The notes under the pieces: model-generated
What the model was told of the DNA's origin: nothing
Seen by the model: only the letters and a program-made list of their open reading frames with translations
Databases searched by the model: none
In this document: positions 17,027 through 27,320 of the stretch, piece by piece
Numbering within the stretch: position 1 is the stretch's first letter
Layout of the letters: each line of letters starts with the position of its first letter
Origin: an uncultured Rhodobacterales bacterium
GTDB lineage: Bacteria > Pseudomonadota > Alphaproteobacteria > Rhodobacterales > Rhodobacteraceae
NCBI GenBank assembly: GCA_964480735.1
Contig: CAYZQS010000003.1
Coordinates: 14,490-69,644, forward strand
DNA length: 55,155 nt
Direction: 5' to 3'
Translations under genes and position numbers: made by a program

Positions 17027-17842
17027 ATGGCCAACACAATCCTTATCACCGGCGCATCTGCCGGCATTGGCAAAGCAACAGTAAAATTGTTTCAACAGAA
17101 GGGTTGGAACGTTGTCGCGACGATGCGCAAACCGGATGAAGAACAAGAGTTGACCCAGCTGGACAATGTGCTGGTGACCCGTCTGGATGTGACAGATGAA
17201 GCCTCGATCAAGTCGGCGGTCAACGAAACTGTCGCCAGATTTGGCGGCATCGACGTGTTGGTTAACAACGCCGGATATGGCGCCATTGGCCCCATGGAGG
17301 CCTTTGCGATCGAAAACGTGCGTCGACAGTTTGACACCAATGTGATCGGACTGATCGCAACCACCCAAGCAGTGTTGCCGCACATGCGGGCCGCAAAATC
17401 TGGCACAATCGTCAATATCAGCTCTATTGGTGGCAAGGTGACCTTCCCGCTGATGTCGCTATATCACGGAACCAAGTTTGCCGTTGAGGGGCTGACCGAG
17501 TCGCTGAAATTTGAGCTGGACGCAATTGGCGTCAAGACCAAGATTGTAGAGCCGGGTGCCATCAAGACGGATTTTTACAGCCGTTCGATGGACATTTCCA
17601 ACGACGAAAGCATGCAAGAATACCAACCCACCGTGCAGGCCATGACAAACGCAATGCAAGGCCAGAATAACCATGGATCAGCGCCAGAGGTGGTGGCCGA
17701 GGTGATCTGGAACGCGGCAACTGACGGAACGCCTGCGCTGCGCTACCCCGTTGGCGCGGGTGCTGCGCATTTCATTGACAACCGCAAAATGGCTGACGAC
17801 GAAACGCACATGAATGGTGTGAAAGAACAGATGGGGCTTTAA
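17027..17842 (+). CDS. Short-chain dehydrogenase/reductase (SDR)
   Basis: TGASAGIGKA cofactor motif, NNAG, and the catalytic YHGTK. Confidence 0.85.
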   Translation: MANTILITGASAGIGKATVKLFQQKGWNVVATMRKPDEEQELTQLDNVLVTRLDVTDEASIKSAVNETVARFGGIDVLVNNAGYGAIGPMEAFAIENVRRQFDTNVIGLIATTQAVLPHMRAAKSGTIVNISSIGGKVTFPLMSLYHGTKFAVEGLTESLKFELDAIGVKTKIVEPGAIKTDFYSRSMDISNDESMQEYQPTVQAMTNAMQGQNNHGSAPEVVAEVIWNAATDGTPALRYPVGAGAAHFIDNRKMADDETHMNGVKEQMGL

Positions 17843-18323
17843 GGCGCAGCATAACTTGTGGTCAGCAAGGGCATTGGCAATGACTTTGGGGGGCAGTCCC
17901 GGACAATTTGAAGACGGACCAAATGTCTGGGGTAGCTCAATACCAGATGTGTTGGGATCGATCATTTTTAGGCGGTGCAAGAAAAACAGTTTCTGCTTCA
18001 GTTATTGACAAAGGGAATTCGAACGAAGTTGCGTGCGGGGATGTGTCAGTTTGAGCATTGCGCAATATTCGTATAGTGAAATCACTCCGGTCACTGGCCC
18101 CGCGGGGTACAAACGTCCGCTTTTTTGATGACGTGCAGATAGAGCCGGATGTGAGGATTGTCACCGAAAAGTGAAACGGCGCGGTTTCAGGGGTATAAAG
18201 TCGACTCCGACTAAACTTGGTTGTACATTGTTGAACCGGCGGGAACGCGATTTTCTGTGAGAATAAGAGGAAACGAGAGCCCTCTTCAGGCGGCCAACCA
18301 TCGTCTAAGTCGTTGAAAAGGCT

Positions 18324-18370
18324 TGGCGGCGAGTACCGGAATCGAACCGGTGTACACGGATATGCAATCC
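18324..18370 (-). pseudogene. Orphan 3' fragment of a tRNA-Cys(GCA)-like gene (anticodon arm to CCA)
   Basis: The minus strand reads GGATTGCATATCCGT GTAC ACCGGTTCGATTCCGGT ACTCGCC G CCA. This has a T-arm, a 3' acceptor strand and CCA, and is close to E. coli tRNA-Cys GGATTGCAAATCCGTCTAGTCCGGTTCGACTCCGG. There is no matching 5' acceptor strand or D-arm upstream. Position 37 is T and the discriminator is G, so the fragment is degenerate. Confidence 0.55.
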
Positions 18371-18675
18371 TATAGTTTGCACTGTTTTTGTTGGGTTATT
18401 TTGTAATATGAACCACGTAGAGCCCGAGGAATTACCGCGGGTCAGTTGCTGAAAGTAAAATGGTTTGAGCGAAGCAAATATTCGTTTCTGGTGCAGTGGA
18501 CGACCGCTCTGAGCTCTCTTTGACAGATGCTGTGCTTTGATCGAATGTCCGCATTGCGCGAAAAAGCTATTACTTTGCACCTGTAGAATTTGGACCACCA
18601 GACGCACACCAATTCGACCTGGTCAATTTGGTTGAGCGTTTCAATCGATCTAATCAAAGTTCGTAACAACAATCC

Positions 18676-19359
18676 CTACCCAAGTGCATAACCCCTGCCG
18701 CGCACGGTTCGAATTAGGTCCGCCGCTTCCGCACCAAGGGATTTGCGCAATCTGCCGACATGTACGTCCACCGTTCGGCTATCCACGTACACGGACCGCC
18801 CCCAAACTTTGTCCAGCAATTGATCCCGTTCGAAAACACGGCCGGGTCTTTCCATCAGGGTTCGAAGCAGCTTGAATTCCAACGGGCCAAGGGCGACTTC
18901 CTCACCAGAAACATGCACCCGGTGGGCTTCGACATTCATTTCAATGCCACCGACGCGGATAGTATCTCCACCCCCCGATTTACTGCGCCGAAGGGTTGAA
19001 CGCACGCGGGCAAGAAGCTCCGACACTGAATATGGCTTGGTGATATAGTCGTCTGCACCCACGTCCAACCCGCGAATGACATCTTCTTCTTCTCCGCGCG
19101 CGGTTAACATTATGACCGGTGTTTCACGTGTTTGCGACCGAGCGCGGATACGCCGGGCAAGCTCAAGGCCGGAGGCGCCCGGCATCATCCAGTCCAGAAG
19201 GATCAGATCAGGCACCTCTTCGGCCAATTCCAGTTCGGCCTCATCCCCGTCCTGCGCAGTCCTGACGTCATAGCCTTCCTTGCGAAGGTTATAAGCGATC
19301 ACTTCGCGTTGCGCGGCTTCGTCTTCGACGACCAGAATTTGCGCGCCGGAACTAGCCAT
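18676..19359 (-). CDS. phoB: Phosphate regulon response regulator PhoB
   Basis: A REC domain plus an OmpR/PhoB winged helix (RTVDVHVGRLRKSL), in phoU-phoB synteny. Confidence 0.9.
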   Translation of the reverse strand: MASSGAQILVVEDEAAQREVIAYNLRKEGYDVRTAQDGDEAELELAEEVPDLILLDWMMPGASGLELARRIRARSQTRETPVIMLTARGEEEDVIRGLDVGADDYITKPYSVSELLARVRSTLRRSKSGGGDTIRVGGIEMNVEAHRVHVSGEEVALGPLEFKLLRTLMERPGRVFERDQLLDKVWGRSVYVDSRTVDVHVGRLRKSLGAEAADLIRTVRGRGYALG

Positions 19360-20071
19360 CCTTTAGTTCAGAAAGGTTGACTGATGTGACGTCCTGTTTT
19401 GGGCGATCGTCCGCAGGGAAAGCACCCGTGACAAGGTAAATTGCCTGTTCAGACAGGTTGGTCGCATGATCTCCGACGCGCTCGATGTTCTTGGCGATGA
19501 AGTGAAGGTGCATTGCCGGGGCAATCGTGCGTGGGTCTTCCATCATGTGGGTCAGAAGTTCGCGGAACAATGAATTGTAAATCTGATCCGCCTCAAGATC
19601 GCGTTCGATCACGTCCTGCGCCTTGGCTAGATCGCGATTTACGTATGCGTCTAAGGCGTCAGCCAACATCGCCTCAACCACCCGCGACATCCGTCGCAGG
19701 GTTCCGTTCAATGATGATGAATACTGGAACTCTTCCAGAACAAAGGTCCGCTTGGCCATGTTGCGGGCGTAATCCCCGCAACGTTCCAAAGTGCTGGCCA
19801 TGGTTAGAACAGATAACACGGTGCGCAGATCGCCAGCGTTCGGGGAACGCAGGGCGATCACACGTTCAACTTCGCCACGGATTTCCGCTTCAAGGTCATC
19901 GATGGCTTGATCACCCACCTTAACCTGCGCGGCCAGTTCAAGGTCCCCTTTTTCCAGCGCGGTCATTGCATCGCGCAGCGCGGTTTCAACCATTCCACCC
20001 ATGCGCAACATCAGCGCCTGAATGCGTTCAAGGTCTTTGTCAAAAGCTGCTAAGATATGTCCTGAATTCAT
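19352..20071 (-). CDS. phoU: Phosphate signalling protein PhoU
   Basis: 239 aa with two PhoU-type helical repeats, between pstB and phoB. Confidence 0.9.
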   Translation of the reverse strand: MNSGHILAAFDKDLERIQALMLRMGGMVETALRDAMTALEKGDLELAAQVKVGDQAIDDLEAEIRGEVERVIALRSPNAGDLRTVLSVLTMASTLERCGDYARNMAKRTFVLEEFQYSSSLNGTLRRMSRVVEAMLADALDAYVNRDLAKAQDVIERDLEADQIYNSLFRELLTHMMEDPRTIAPAMHLHFIAKNIERVGDHATNLSEQAIYLVTGAFPADDRPKQDVTSVNLSELKDG

Positions 20072-20080
20072 GTTTCTACC

Positions 20081-20884
20081 CTAACCGATCCGTCCGGTGA
20101 TGTAAGCCTCGGTCCGTGGGTCCGAAGGTCTGGTGAAAATATCGTCCGTAGCGCCGTATTCCACAAGATTGCCCAAGTGGAAGAACGCCGTGCGCTGGCT
20201 GACGCGCGCAGCTTGCTGCATCGAGTGGGTGACGATGACGACTGAAAAGCGGGACGACAGGTCTTGGATCAACTCCTCGATCTGGGCCGTCGCGATTGGG
20301 TCAAGCGCCGAACATGGCTCGTCCATCAGCAAAACCTCGGGCCGGGTCGCGATTGCACGCGCAATGCACAGGCGTTGCTGCTGACCGCCGGAAAGCCCTG
20401 TTCCCGGCGTGTTCAACCGGTCCTTCACCTCACCCCAAAGGGCGGCGCGACGTAGCGCCTTTTCAACGATCCCATCAAGCTCGGCCCGGTCTTTGGCCAG
20501 CCCGTGAATGCGTGGGCCATAAGCAACGTTGTCAAAGATTGACTTAGGAAAAGGGTTTGGTTTTTGGAACACCATGCCGACGCGCGCACGCAATTGGACC
20601 GGATCGATATTTGGATCGTAAATGTCTTCGCCATCCAGTGTGACATCGCCCGACACCCGACAGATCGGGATCGTGTCGTTCATGCGGTTAATGCACCGCA
20701 GGAAAGTCGACTTACCACAACCCGACGGTCCGATAAACGCCGTCACCTGACGGTCCGGGATATCGACTGAGACATCGTGAAGCGCTTGAGTGTCCGCGTA
20801 AAACACATCGACATTCTTCGCTGTGATCTTGGGCGTGGCCGTTTCGACGGCATTCTCCATCTTCGTCTCCAGGTTCATCACCAT
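20081..20884 (-). CDS. pstB: Phosphate ABC transporter ATPase PstB
   Basis: Walker [10 protein letters not shown], signature LSGGQQQRL, Walker B LLMDEP. The start is uncertain (alternatives 20878/20860). Confidence 0.9.
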   Translation of the reverse strand: MVMNLETKMENAVETATPKITAKNVDVFYADTQALHDVSVDIPDRQVTAFIGPSGCGKSTFLRCINRMNDTIPICRVSGDVTLDGEDIYDPNIDPVQLRARVGMVFQKPNPFPKSIFDNVAYGPRIHGLAKDRAELDGIVEKALRRAALWGEVKDRLNTPGTGLSGGQQQRLCIARAIATRPEVLLMDEPCSALDPIATAQIEELIQDLSSRFSVVIVTHSMQQAARVSQRTAFFHLGNLVEYGATDDIFTRPSDPRTEAYITGRIG

Positions 20885-22182
20885 TTCCTCTCAAATTTAC
20901 TGCGCAGGAAAATCGCGAGTGCATTCATTGTTATCAGGAACCCAAGCAACACAAGGATGGCTGCCGAGGTGCGGCTGGCAAATCCGCGTTCCGGGCTGTC
21001 GGCCCAGATGAAGATCTGCGTTGGAAGGGCGGTGGCGCTGGACAGCGGGCCGTCGGGCGCGGATGTGATAAAGGCGTTCATACCGATCAGCAAAAGCGGT
21101 GCGGTTTCGCCAAGGGCCTGGGCAAGGCCGATGATTGTTCCGGTCAAAATGCCCGGCATAGCGAGCGGCAGGACGTGGCCGAAAACCGTTTGCTGTGGCG
21201 ACGCGCCAAGCCCAAGGGCGGCTTCGCGAATGGACGGCGGCACCGATTTCAGGGCAGCGCGGGTCGCGATGATGATTGTGGGCATTGTCATCAGAGCAAG
21301 GGTCATTCCGCCGACCAATGGGGCCGAACGTGGCAGACCAAACCAGCCGATGAAGACCGATAGCGCCAAAAGGCCGAAGACAACGGACGGCACGGCGGCA
21401 AGGTTGTTGATGTTCACCTCGATCAAATTGCTGAACCGGTTCTTCGGTGCGAATTCTTCAAGGTAGATCGCGGCACCAATGCCCAGAGGGAACGAGATCA
21501 GGAAACAGACCAACAACGCCCAGGCCGACCCGATCAGCGCACCCTTTAGACCCGCAAGCTCCGGAAACCGGCTGTCGGCATTTGTCAGCAAGCCCCAGTT
21601 CAGCGGTTTTGATATCGTATCTGCCGCGATCAACTGGTCAAACATCGCGATCTGCTGATCGTTCAGGCGGCGGTTTTCTTCGGGGGTTTCGGGATCAATA
21701 CCGCCCTTGTTTAGCTGATCGTAGGGGTCCGAAACAGGTACCGTCAGTTCAATTGTTTGGCCAATCAGGTTTGGATCCGCGACCACCAGATCACGCAGGT
21801 GAAATTGCGCCCCATTGGACAGAATTTTTTCGACCTGTTTCTTGGTCGCACGATCAGACATATCGACGTCTGGAAGGTGCCGGGCCAGAGATGCAGCTAG
21901 GGCATCGTCAAACCCGCCACGCGGCAGGCGATTTTCCTGAATTTCGTCAGGATCAACGAACACATCAAACGTGACATGGGTTTGCACAAATGCGCTGTGT
22001 CCCGATGCGACCAGTGAAATCACAAGGGTCGCAAGCATCAGGAACGCAAAGCAAATGGCTGAAAGGCCAAGACCCTTCAGGACGCGCTCTTTTCGTTTGC
22101 GCCGCACCAGTGAGGCCTGAACCAATTCAATCGTTGTTGGTTGGTTTTCCATGTTTTTATCCGCCTCAGTCATAGGCTTCAC
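20878..22182 (-). CDS. pstA: Phosphate ABC transporter permease PstA (long form)
   Basis: 434 aa, multi-TM, with an EAA-type loop ([14 protein letters not shown]) and pst synteny. The start is uncertain. Confidence 0.85.
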   Translation of the reverse strand: MKPMTEADKNMENQPTTIELVQASLVRRKRKERVLKGLGLSAICFAFLMLATLVISLVASGHSAFVQTHVTFDVFVDPDEIQENRLPRGGFDDALAASLARHLPDVDMSDRATKKQVEKILSNGAQFHLRDLVVADPNLIGQTIELTVPVSDPYDQLNKGGIDPETPEENRRLNDQQIAMFDQLIAADTISKPLNWGLLTNADSRFPELAGLKGALIGSAWALLVCFLISFPLGIGAAIYLEEFAPKNRFSNLIEVNINNLAAVPSVVFGLLALSVFIGWFGLPRSAPLVGGMTLALMTMPTIIIATRAALKSVPPSIREAALGLGASPQQTVFGHVLPLAMPGILTGTIIGLAQALGETAPLLLIGMNAFITSAPDGPLSSATALPTQIFIWADSPERGFASRTSAAILVLLGFLITMNALAIFLRSKFERKW

Positions 22183-23542
22183 GATATTTGTGCACGATCC
22201 GGATCGCGAGGATGTTGATGCAAAGGGTCACAAGGAAAAGCATCATCCCAAGCGCGAAAGCAGCCAGCGTTTTCGGATTGTCAAAGGCGGTGTCGCCGAT
22301 CAGCAAGGTCACGATCTGGACCGTCACGGTCGTCACACTGTCCAGCGGGTTCAGCGTCAGACGCGCAATCAAACCAGCGGCCATCACCACGATCATCGTT
22401 TCCCCAATCGCCCGGCTAACGGCCAAAAGAACGCCGCCCATGATGCCGGGAATGGCAGCAGGGAACAGAACCTTTGTCATCGCCTCACCTTTTGTGGACC
22501 CAAGCGCCAGCGCCCCGTCGCGCAAGGATTGCGGGACCGCGGAAATTGCATCATCCGCAAAAGATGTTATGAACGGGATCAACATCACGCCCATAACGAC
22601 ACCCGCCGCCAGGGCAGAATTCGGCGCGACATCAAGGCCAAGGTTCGCGCCGAAACTGCGCAACGCCGGGGCAATCACCAAAATGGCGAAGAAGCCATAT
22701 ACGACCGTCGGCACTCCGGCGAGGATTTCAAGAAGCGGCTTTGCCGCCGCGCGGAACCGTCGGTGCGCGAATTCGTTCAAATAGACGGCTGCGAAAAGAC
22801 CGGTGGGAACCGCAACCGTCAACGCCACAACTGTGACGACCAAAGTGCCAATCAGCACCGGTATCCAGCCAAACGCACCGGACGCGGCGACCTGATCTTC
22901 GCGGATCGGGATCTGCGGCTCCCAATTCAGACCGAAAAGGAATTCGGTCAGCGGCACTTTGTTTAGAAACTTGATCGTCTCAAACAACAGGGCCGAAACG
23001 ATGCCAATCGTGGTCAGGATCGCGACAACCGAACAAAATACCATCAACCCGTGGATCAAACGTTCGCTTCCCTGACGGGCGCGCATTTCTGGGCTTAACC
23101 GCGCGCGGCGCAGGGAAAGAATGGCGAGTGATACGATCACAATCGTTGCGATCAACAGGATGCTTGAGACCGACCGCAAGGAATTCAAGCGATCCGCGGC
23201 CTCTTGTTTCCACGGCTCCGGTTCCCCAAACACCCGCCCGCCAGCAAGCGACTGGATTTCCGTCAAAACCAAACTGACAGCACCCGCGCCATCGCCTTCA
23301 AACGCTTGCGCAGGAACGCCCGCCAAAATCATGCGCTCGATCACGGCGCCGTCCAAGAACATCCAAAGCAGGGTGATCGCCATGACCGGAATGATCACCG
23401 CCAGTCCTGCAAACAACCCGTGATATCCGGGGCTGGAATGCAAGGTCGCACCGCCTGCACGCAACGAGGTCGCGGCGCGGCAGTTGATGACATAGGCAAG
23501 CGTTGCGCCGATGATCAGCAAAAGAAAAGGCAAGATCGTCAT
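22166..23542 (-). CDS. pstC: Phosphate ABC transporter permease PstC (long form)
   Basis: 458 aa, multi-TM, with an EAA-type loop (RDGALALGSTKGEAM) and pst synteny. Confidence 0.85.
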   Translation of the reverse strand: MTILPFLLLIIGATLAYVINCRAATSLRAGGATLHSSPGYHGLFAGLAVIIPVMAITLLWMFLDGAVIERMILAGVPAQAFEGDGAGAVSLVLTEIQSLAGGRVFGEPEPWKQEAADRLNSLRSVSSILLIATIVIVSLAILSLRRARLSPEMRARQGSERLIHGLMVFCSVVAILTTIGIVSALLFETIKFLNKVPLTEFLFGLNWEPQIPIREDQVAASGAFGWIPVLIGTLVVTVVALTVAVPTGLFAAVYLNEFAHRRFRAAAKPLLEILAGVPTVVYGFFAILVIAPALRSFGANLGLDVAPNSALAAGVVMGVMLIPFITSFADDAISAVPQSLRDGALALGSTKGEAMTKVLFPAAIPGIMGGVLLAVSRAIGETMIVVMAAGLIARLTLNPLDSVTTVTVQIVTLLIGDTAFDNPKTLAAFALGMMLFLVTLCINILAIRIVHKYREAYD

Positions 23543-23564
23543 GGGGCGGTGCCCTAAAGAAAAT

Positions 23565-23585
23565 GCCGGGCCACGGCGGCCCGGC
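23565..23585 (-). terminator. pstS-pstC intercistronic hairpin (attenuator or mRNA-stabilising stem-loop)
   Basis: GCCGGGCC / GGCCCGGC is an 8-bp GC stem with a 5-nt loop. On the minus strand it is followed by ATTTTCTTT. Confidence 0.55.
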
Positions 23586-23602
23586 AGGATTGGCAGGTTA
23601 AG

Positions 23603-24631
23603 TTAGTTCATTTCCATCGAAACGCCGTCTAAAACGGTGTCCTGAATGTCATAGCGCGCGTCATCAGACAGCGCGACAAGACCGCGTTCCGCCAGATATC
23701 CGTCGGCTTCAAGCGCATCGTCGGACATGTATTCCGCAATGAATTCTTCCAGGTTCGGGATCACACCGCGATGCGCGTTCTTGAAATAAACGTACAAGGG
23801 GCGCGAGATTGGATAGCTTTTGTCCGCAATCGAATCGGTTGACGGCGCAATGCCTTCGATCTGAACGCCTTTCAGAACATCAAGGTTTTCATACAGGAAC
23901 GAATACCCGAAAATCCCTACCGCGTTTTCGTCCGCATTCAAGCGCTGAACGATCAGGTTATCGTTTTCACCGGCTTCAACAAACGGTCCGTCCTGTCGCA
24001 TGCGCGAGCAGTTTTCCTTGACCCATTTGCTGTCAAAACCGCCTTCTTTGACAAAGGCCAAGTGCTTACACCCTTCGTGCATCGCCAATTCAACAAAAGC
24101 GTCGCGTGTGCCGGAAGTTGGCGGCGGGCCATAGGTCAAAATTTCAATTGCTGGAAGGTCTGGGTTCACATCCGCCCAAGTCTTGTTCGGGTTATCAGCC
24201 CATTCACCGTTCACAGGAACCTGCGCTGCAAGTGCCAGATAAATGTCTTCAAGCGACAGGTTCCAATCCTCACCGCTGTCGCGCGATACGGCCATAGAAA
24301 GACCGTCAAACCCAATCAGTGCTTCGCTGATGTCGGAAACACCGTTTGATTGGCAAAGTTCATATTCGGATGACTTCATCGCGCGCGATGCGCCTGTCAC
24401 ATCAGGAAACCCTTCGCCGATACCGCCACAAAAAATCTTCATCCCACCACCGGTTCCGGTGGACTCAACGATCGGTGAGGGTGACCCGGTTAGGTTGACA
24501 AAATTCTCGGCAACGGCTTGCGTGTATGGAAATACCGTAGACGATCCGACGATCCGAATTTCATCGCGTGCAAGTGCAGGTATAGCAATTGCAGTTGCGC
24601 AAATCGCTGTGACAAGAGTTCTGGTTAGCAT
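23603..24631 (-). CDS. pstS: Phosphate-binding periplasmic protein PstS
   Basis: Signal peptide MLTRTLVTAICATAIAIPALA, followed by the IVGSSTVFPYTQAVAE motif of PstS-family binding proteins. It is the first gene of the pst operon. Confidence 0.85.
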   Translation of the reverse strand: MLTRTLVTAICATAIAIPALARDEIRIVGSSTVFPYTQAVAENFVNLTGSPSPIVESTGTGGGMKIFCGGIGEGFPDVTGASRAMKSSEYELCQSNGVSDISEALIGFDGLSMAVSRDSGEDWNLSLEDIYLALAAQVPVNGEWADNPNKTWADVNPDLPAIEILTYGPPPTSGTRDAFVELAMHEGCKHLAFVKEGGFDSKWVKENCSRMRQDGPFVEAGENDNLIVQRLNADENAVGIFGYSFLYENLDVLKGVQIEGIAPSTDSIADKSYPISRPLYVYFKNAHRGVIPNLEEFIAEYMSDDALEADGYLAERGLVALSDDARYDIQDTVLDGVSMEMN

Positions 24632-24712
24632 GTCTGCTCCAATTCGTTTACATCCCGCCCCCTTGGCGGTGCCCTATGCCTAGCGGGCCTTCGTGACACT
24701 TATGCAAAGATT

Positions 24713-24730
24713 CTGTAACAGTTTTGTAAC
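24713..24730 (+). promoter_or_regulatory. Candidate Pho box (two TGTAAC half sites at 11-bp periodicity)
   Basis: CTGTAACAGTTTTGTAAC lies in the pstS-phoR divergent intergenic region. Compare the E. coli consensus CTGTCAT-N4-CTGTCAT. Confidence 0.45.
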
Positions 24731-24807
24731 GTCTTAAGATTTTTCGGCGCGCTCTCGAATGTGTTGGCAATCTTCTGTAGAGAACCATCAGAACTGGAGT
24801 TTGACAT

Positions 24808-25818
24808 TTGGATTTTGAGTTCATCGAAGCCATACCATTGCCCGCTTTCGTTGTTTCGGCGGATGACCTCATTGCAGCTGCAAATTCAGCGTTTCTGGGA
24901 CTGCTTCCACACGCCCGCATTGGACGCAGTTATCTGACCGTGCTGCGGCAACCCGTGCTCGTGTCGCTGATTGGTGGCCTGAGATCGGATGGCCAGCCAG
25001 AAGCGATCCAACTGGCACTAAAAGGCGAGCGCGAGGGTCTTTACAGTGCCACCGGCTCCAACCTGGGTGATGGCGAGGTATTGATTTGTATTCAGGACAC
25101 AAACGAAACTGCCGTGGCCATTCAAATGCGTCAGAACTTCGTGGCCGATTTAAGCCACGAACTAAAAACACCGCTGACGGCCATTTCGGGCATCCTGGAA
25201 ACCTGTGATGGCGACCCCGATGCGATGGCGCATTTCCTTCCCACTATGTCGGGTGAACTGGACCGAATGAAACGATTGGTCGACGATTTGCTGACCTTGT
25301 CGCGTGTCGAGGCGAACGAACGGCGTAGCCCGAACCAGACTATTGTGCTGCAAGATGTCGTGGCAAAGGCCTGCGCGCCTTTGGCAGTGCTCGCAGAAAA
25401 ATTGGAAGTTCGAATTGAAACGACATTGCCAAGTGACCCATACCACTTCCAGGGCCATGAAGATGAAGTCGTAAGAGCGATAGCGAACCTTGTCGAAAAT
25501 GCACTGAGGTACGGGAATGAGGGCGGATACGTTCGAATTGCCGGCAGTATGAACAATCTGGGAGGCGGCGCATCAAACGTCACAATTGAGGTGAGCGATG
25601 ACGGCCCCGGCGTTGATAGCCACCACATTCCCCGTCTGACAGAACGTTTCTATCGCATCGATGCACATCGATCACGCGATACCGGTGGAAGCGGGCTGGG
25701 ACTCGCCATAGTAAAACACATTGTGAACCACCACCGCGGGCAAATTAAGTTCGAAAGCCAGCCCAATCACGGATCAACGGTTATACTGACACTTCCGGTC
25801 GAACAAAGCGGGTCATAG
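24808..25818 (+). CDS. phoR: Sensor histidine kinase PhoR-like (PAS-HisKA-HATPase, no TM segments visible)
   Basis: H-box LSHELKTPLTAI, N-box ENALRYGNEG, G-boxes SDDGPGVD and GGSGLGLAIV. TTG start. Divergent from pstS. Confidence 0.75.
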   Translation: MDFEFIEAIPLPAFVVSADDLIAAANSAFLGLLPHARIGRSYLTVLRQPVLVSLIGGLRSDGQPEAIQLALKGEREGLYSATGSNLGDGEVLICIQDTNETAVAIQMRQNFVADLSHELKTPLTAISGILETCDGDPDAMAHFLPTMSGELDRMKRLVDDLLTLSRVEANERRSPNQTIVLQDVVAKACAPLAVLAEKLEVRIETTLPSDPYHFQGHEDEVVRAIANLVENALRYGNEGGYVRIAGSMNNLGGGASNVTIEVSDDGPGVDSHHIPRLTERFYRIDAHRSRDTGGSGLGLAIVKHIVNHHRGQIKFESQPNHGSTVILTLPVEQSGS

Positions 25819-26177
25819 CGTTATTCAGCAGCGGTAATCGAACGGACTTGCCTTCAGCTTGGCGTTATACGTTCCAGGTTAATTCACGTTCTTAGAGCTT
25901 CCATGTGACGTAAAGCAGAGGTTGCACCATCTTTTTGAAAATACCGCTTAGTCCCGCAATGCCGACAATTTTGTGGAGCGTCGCGAAAGATCCTATCGGG
26001 AATTCAATCTATCCCGTCACCAGAACGCTCGATTGAGCTGAATATCCGCACCACTGAAATTTAAGTGTATGAAACTTCAGGCAAAAATTTCGAAGTAATC
26101 TTTGGTTTGCGGAATTATCCAAAAAGCTACCTAGCAAAAAGATTGGACGTACAGCGAGATAACTGTTGAAGACTATT

Positions 26178-27182
26178 TTAAATGGATGCGCCGGGGTGAA
26201 CTTCCGCTCCAAATATGTGAATCTTTTTCTCCGGTACTTTTTGATCGGCGGTTGTCGAAAGAACAATGCTTGCGGCCTTGTGCCCAATTTCAAATCGAAA
26301 CGAGTTTGTTGTTGCGAGTTGCACCGGCATCCCATCGAGCATTTCCAATCCGTTAAAGCCAACAAGCGCCACATCATCTGGTACCGTCATTCCAGTGTCG
26401 ATGCAGTGCATCAATCCCCCGATCGACATGACGTCGCTTGAATAATAAATGCAGTCGATTGACGGATCTTCTTGCAGGATTGCGGCGGTTAGTTCTCGAC
26501 CCTTTGCAACTGAACTTGTGCCTTCATACATCTCCTGGGCTTTCAAAGTGACCCCTTGCTCTCCCAAACAATCAGCGAACCCTCGCAATCGCTTTCGAGC
26601 GCGAAAATCAAACGGCATTTTGGTGCCGACAAATCCAATGTTTTTGTAGCCGTGAGATAAGATTTCCTGAGCGGCGCGGCGTCCAGCCTCGATGTGGGAA
26701 ATACCTACACAGTAATCTAGCGGTACACCGTCAACATCCATAACCTCAACGATGGGGACGCCTGATGCCTTCAGCATCTTCACCGTTTTTTCGGAATGCT
26801 CCAACCCAGCAATGATCAACCCCGTTGGTCGCCACGATAACATCTCACGTATGACGTTTTCTTCGTCTTCAAAACGATAATTCGAAATCCCAACTACCGG
26901 CTGCAAAAGGCTGCCAGCCAGCGCCGAAGATATGCCCGAAAGCATCTCAGGAAACACAAAGCTGTTAAGTGAAGGCACGACGACACCGACCAGATTGACC
27001 GTATTTGACGCTAATGCACCGGCAATGCGGTTGGGCACATATCCAAGTTGATCGCTGGCGTGTTTGATCCGATCGCGTGTTTTTTGGGAGACATCCGGAA
27101 CGCCGCGCAGTGCCCGCGAAGCGGTCATTTCACTGACGCCAGCCAATCCGGCAACGTCTTTCAGAGTTGGTCTGTCGTTCAT
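26178..27182 (-). CDS. LacI-family repressor, closest by eye to the gluconate repressor GntR of E. coli
   Basis: HTH TLKDVAGLAGVSEMTASRAL. End-to-end colinearity with E. coli GntR as I recall it (LGYVPNRIA, SLNSFVF, EMLSWRP.GLI, C-terminal PGASI versus PGGSI). Confidence 0.8.
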   Translation of the reverse strand: MNDRPTLKDVAGLAGVSEMTASRALRGVPDVSQKTRDRIKHASDQLGYVPNRIAGALASNTVNLVGVVVPSLNSFVFPEMLSGISSALAGSLLQPVVGISNYRFEDEENVIREMLSWRPTGLIIAGLEHSEKTVKMLKASGVPIVEVMDVDGVPLDYCVGISHIEAGRRAAQEILSHGYKNIGFVGTKMPFDFRARKRLRGFADCLGEQGVTLKAQEMYEGTSSVAKGRELTAAILQEDPSIDCIYYSSDVMSIGGLMHCIDTGMTVPDDVALVGFNGLEMLDGMPVQLATTNSFRFEIGHKAASIVLSTTADQKVPEKKIHIFGAEVHPGASI

Positions 27183-27195
27183 CTTTTGTCACCCT

Positions 27196-27209
27196 TGTTA
27201 GCGCCAACA
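27196..27209. promoter_or_regulatory. LacI-type operator O1 (near-palindrome TGTTAGCGCCAACA)
   Basis: 14-bp near-palindrome 14 nt upstream of the repressor start codon. Confidence 0.55.
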
Positions 27210-27263
27210 TTGGCCTGCGCGGAATCGTTGCACAAGAGGTTGATTTGTTTTGGACATTGCGAT

Positions 27264-27289
27264 TGTTAGCGCTAACGGTAACGCTAACA
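27264..27289. promoter_or_regulatory. LacI-type operators O2/O3 (TGTTAGCGCTAAC and GTAACGCTAACA, adjacent)
   Basis: GTTAGCGCTAAC is a perfect 12-bp palindrome. It is immediately followed by a second related site, about 30 nt upstream of the gap pseudogene start. Confidence 0.6.
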
Positions 27290-27320
27290 TTCGTATTTGA
27301 ATCTGGGCCAGGAGGGTAAA

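Noticed and set aside
18324-18370. tmRNA (two-piece alphaproteobacterial ssrA) acceptor piece as an explanation for the tRNA-like 3' end.
   Set aside because: The acceptor sequence ACTCGCC-G-CCA implies a G1-C72/G2-C71/C3-G70 stem, not the G3:U70 alanine identity. The anticodon-arm similarity to tRNA-Cys is strong.
17937-18672. ORFs 17937-18164, 18305-18607 and 18442-18672 (-) in the AT-rich gap, examined as possible integrase remnants next to the tRNA fragment.
   Set aside because: There are no R...HxxR...Y integrase motifs in the correct order and no ribosome-binding sites. One ORF runs through the tRNA fragment itself. Only a tBLASTx search could reveal decayed homology.
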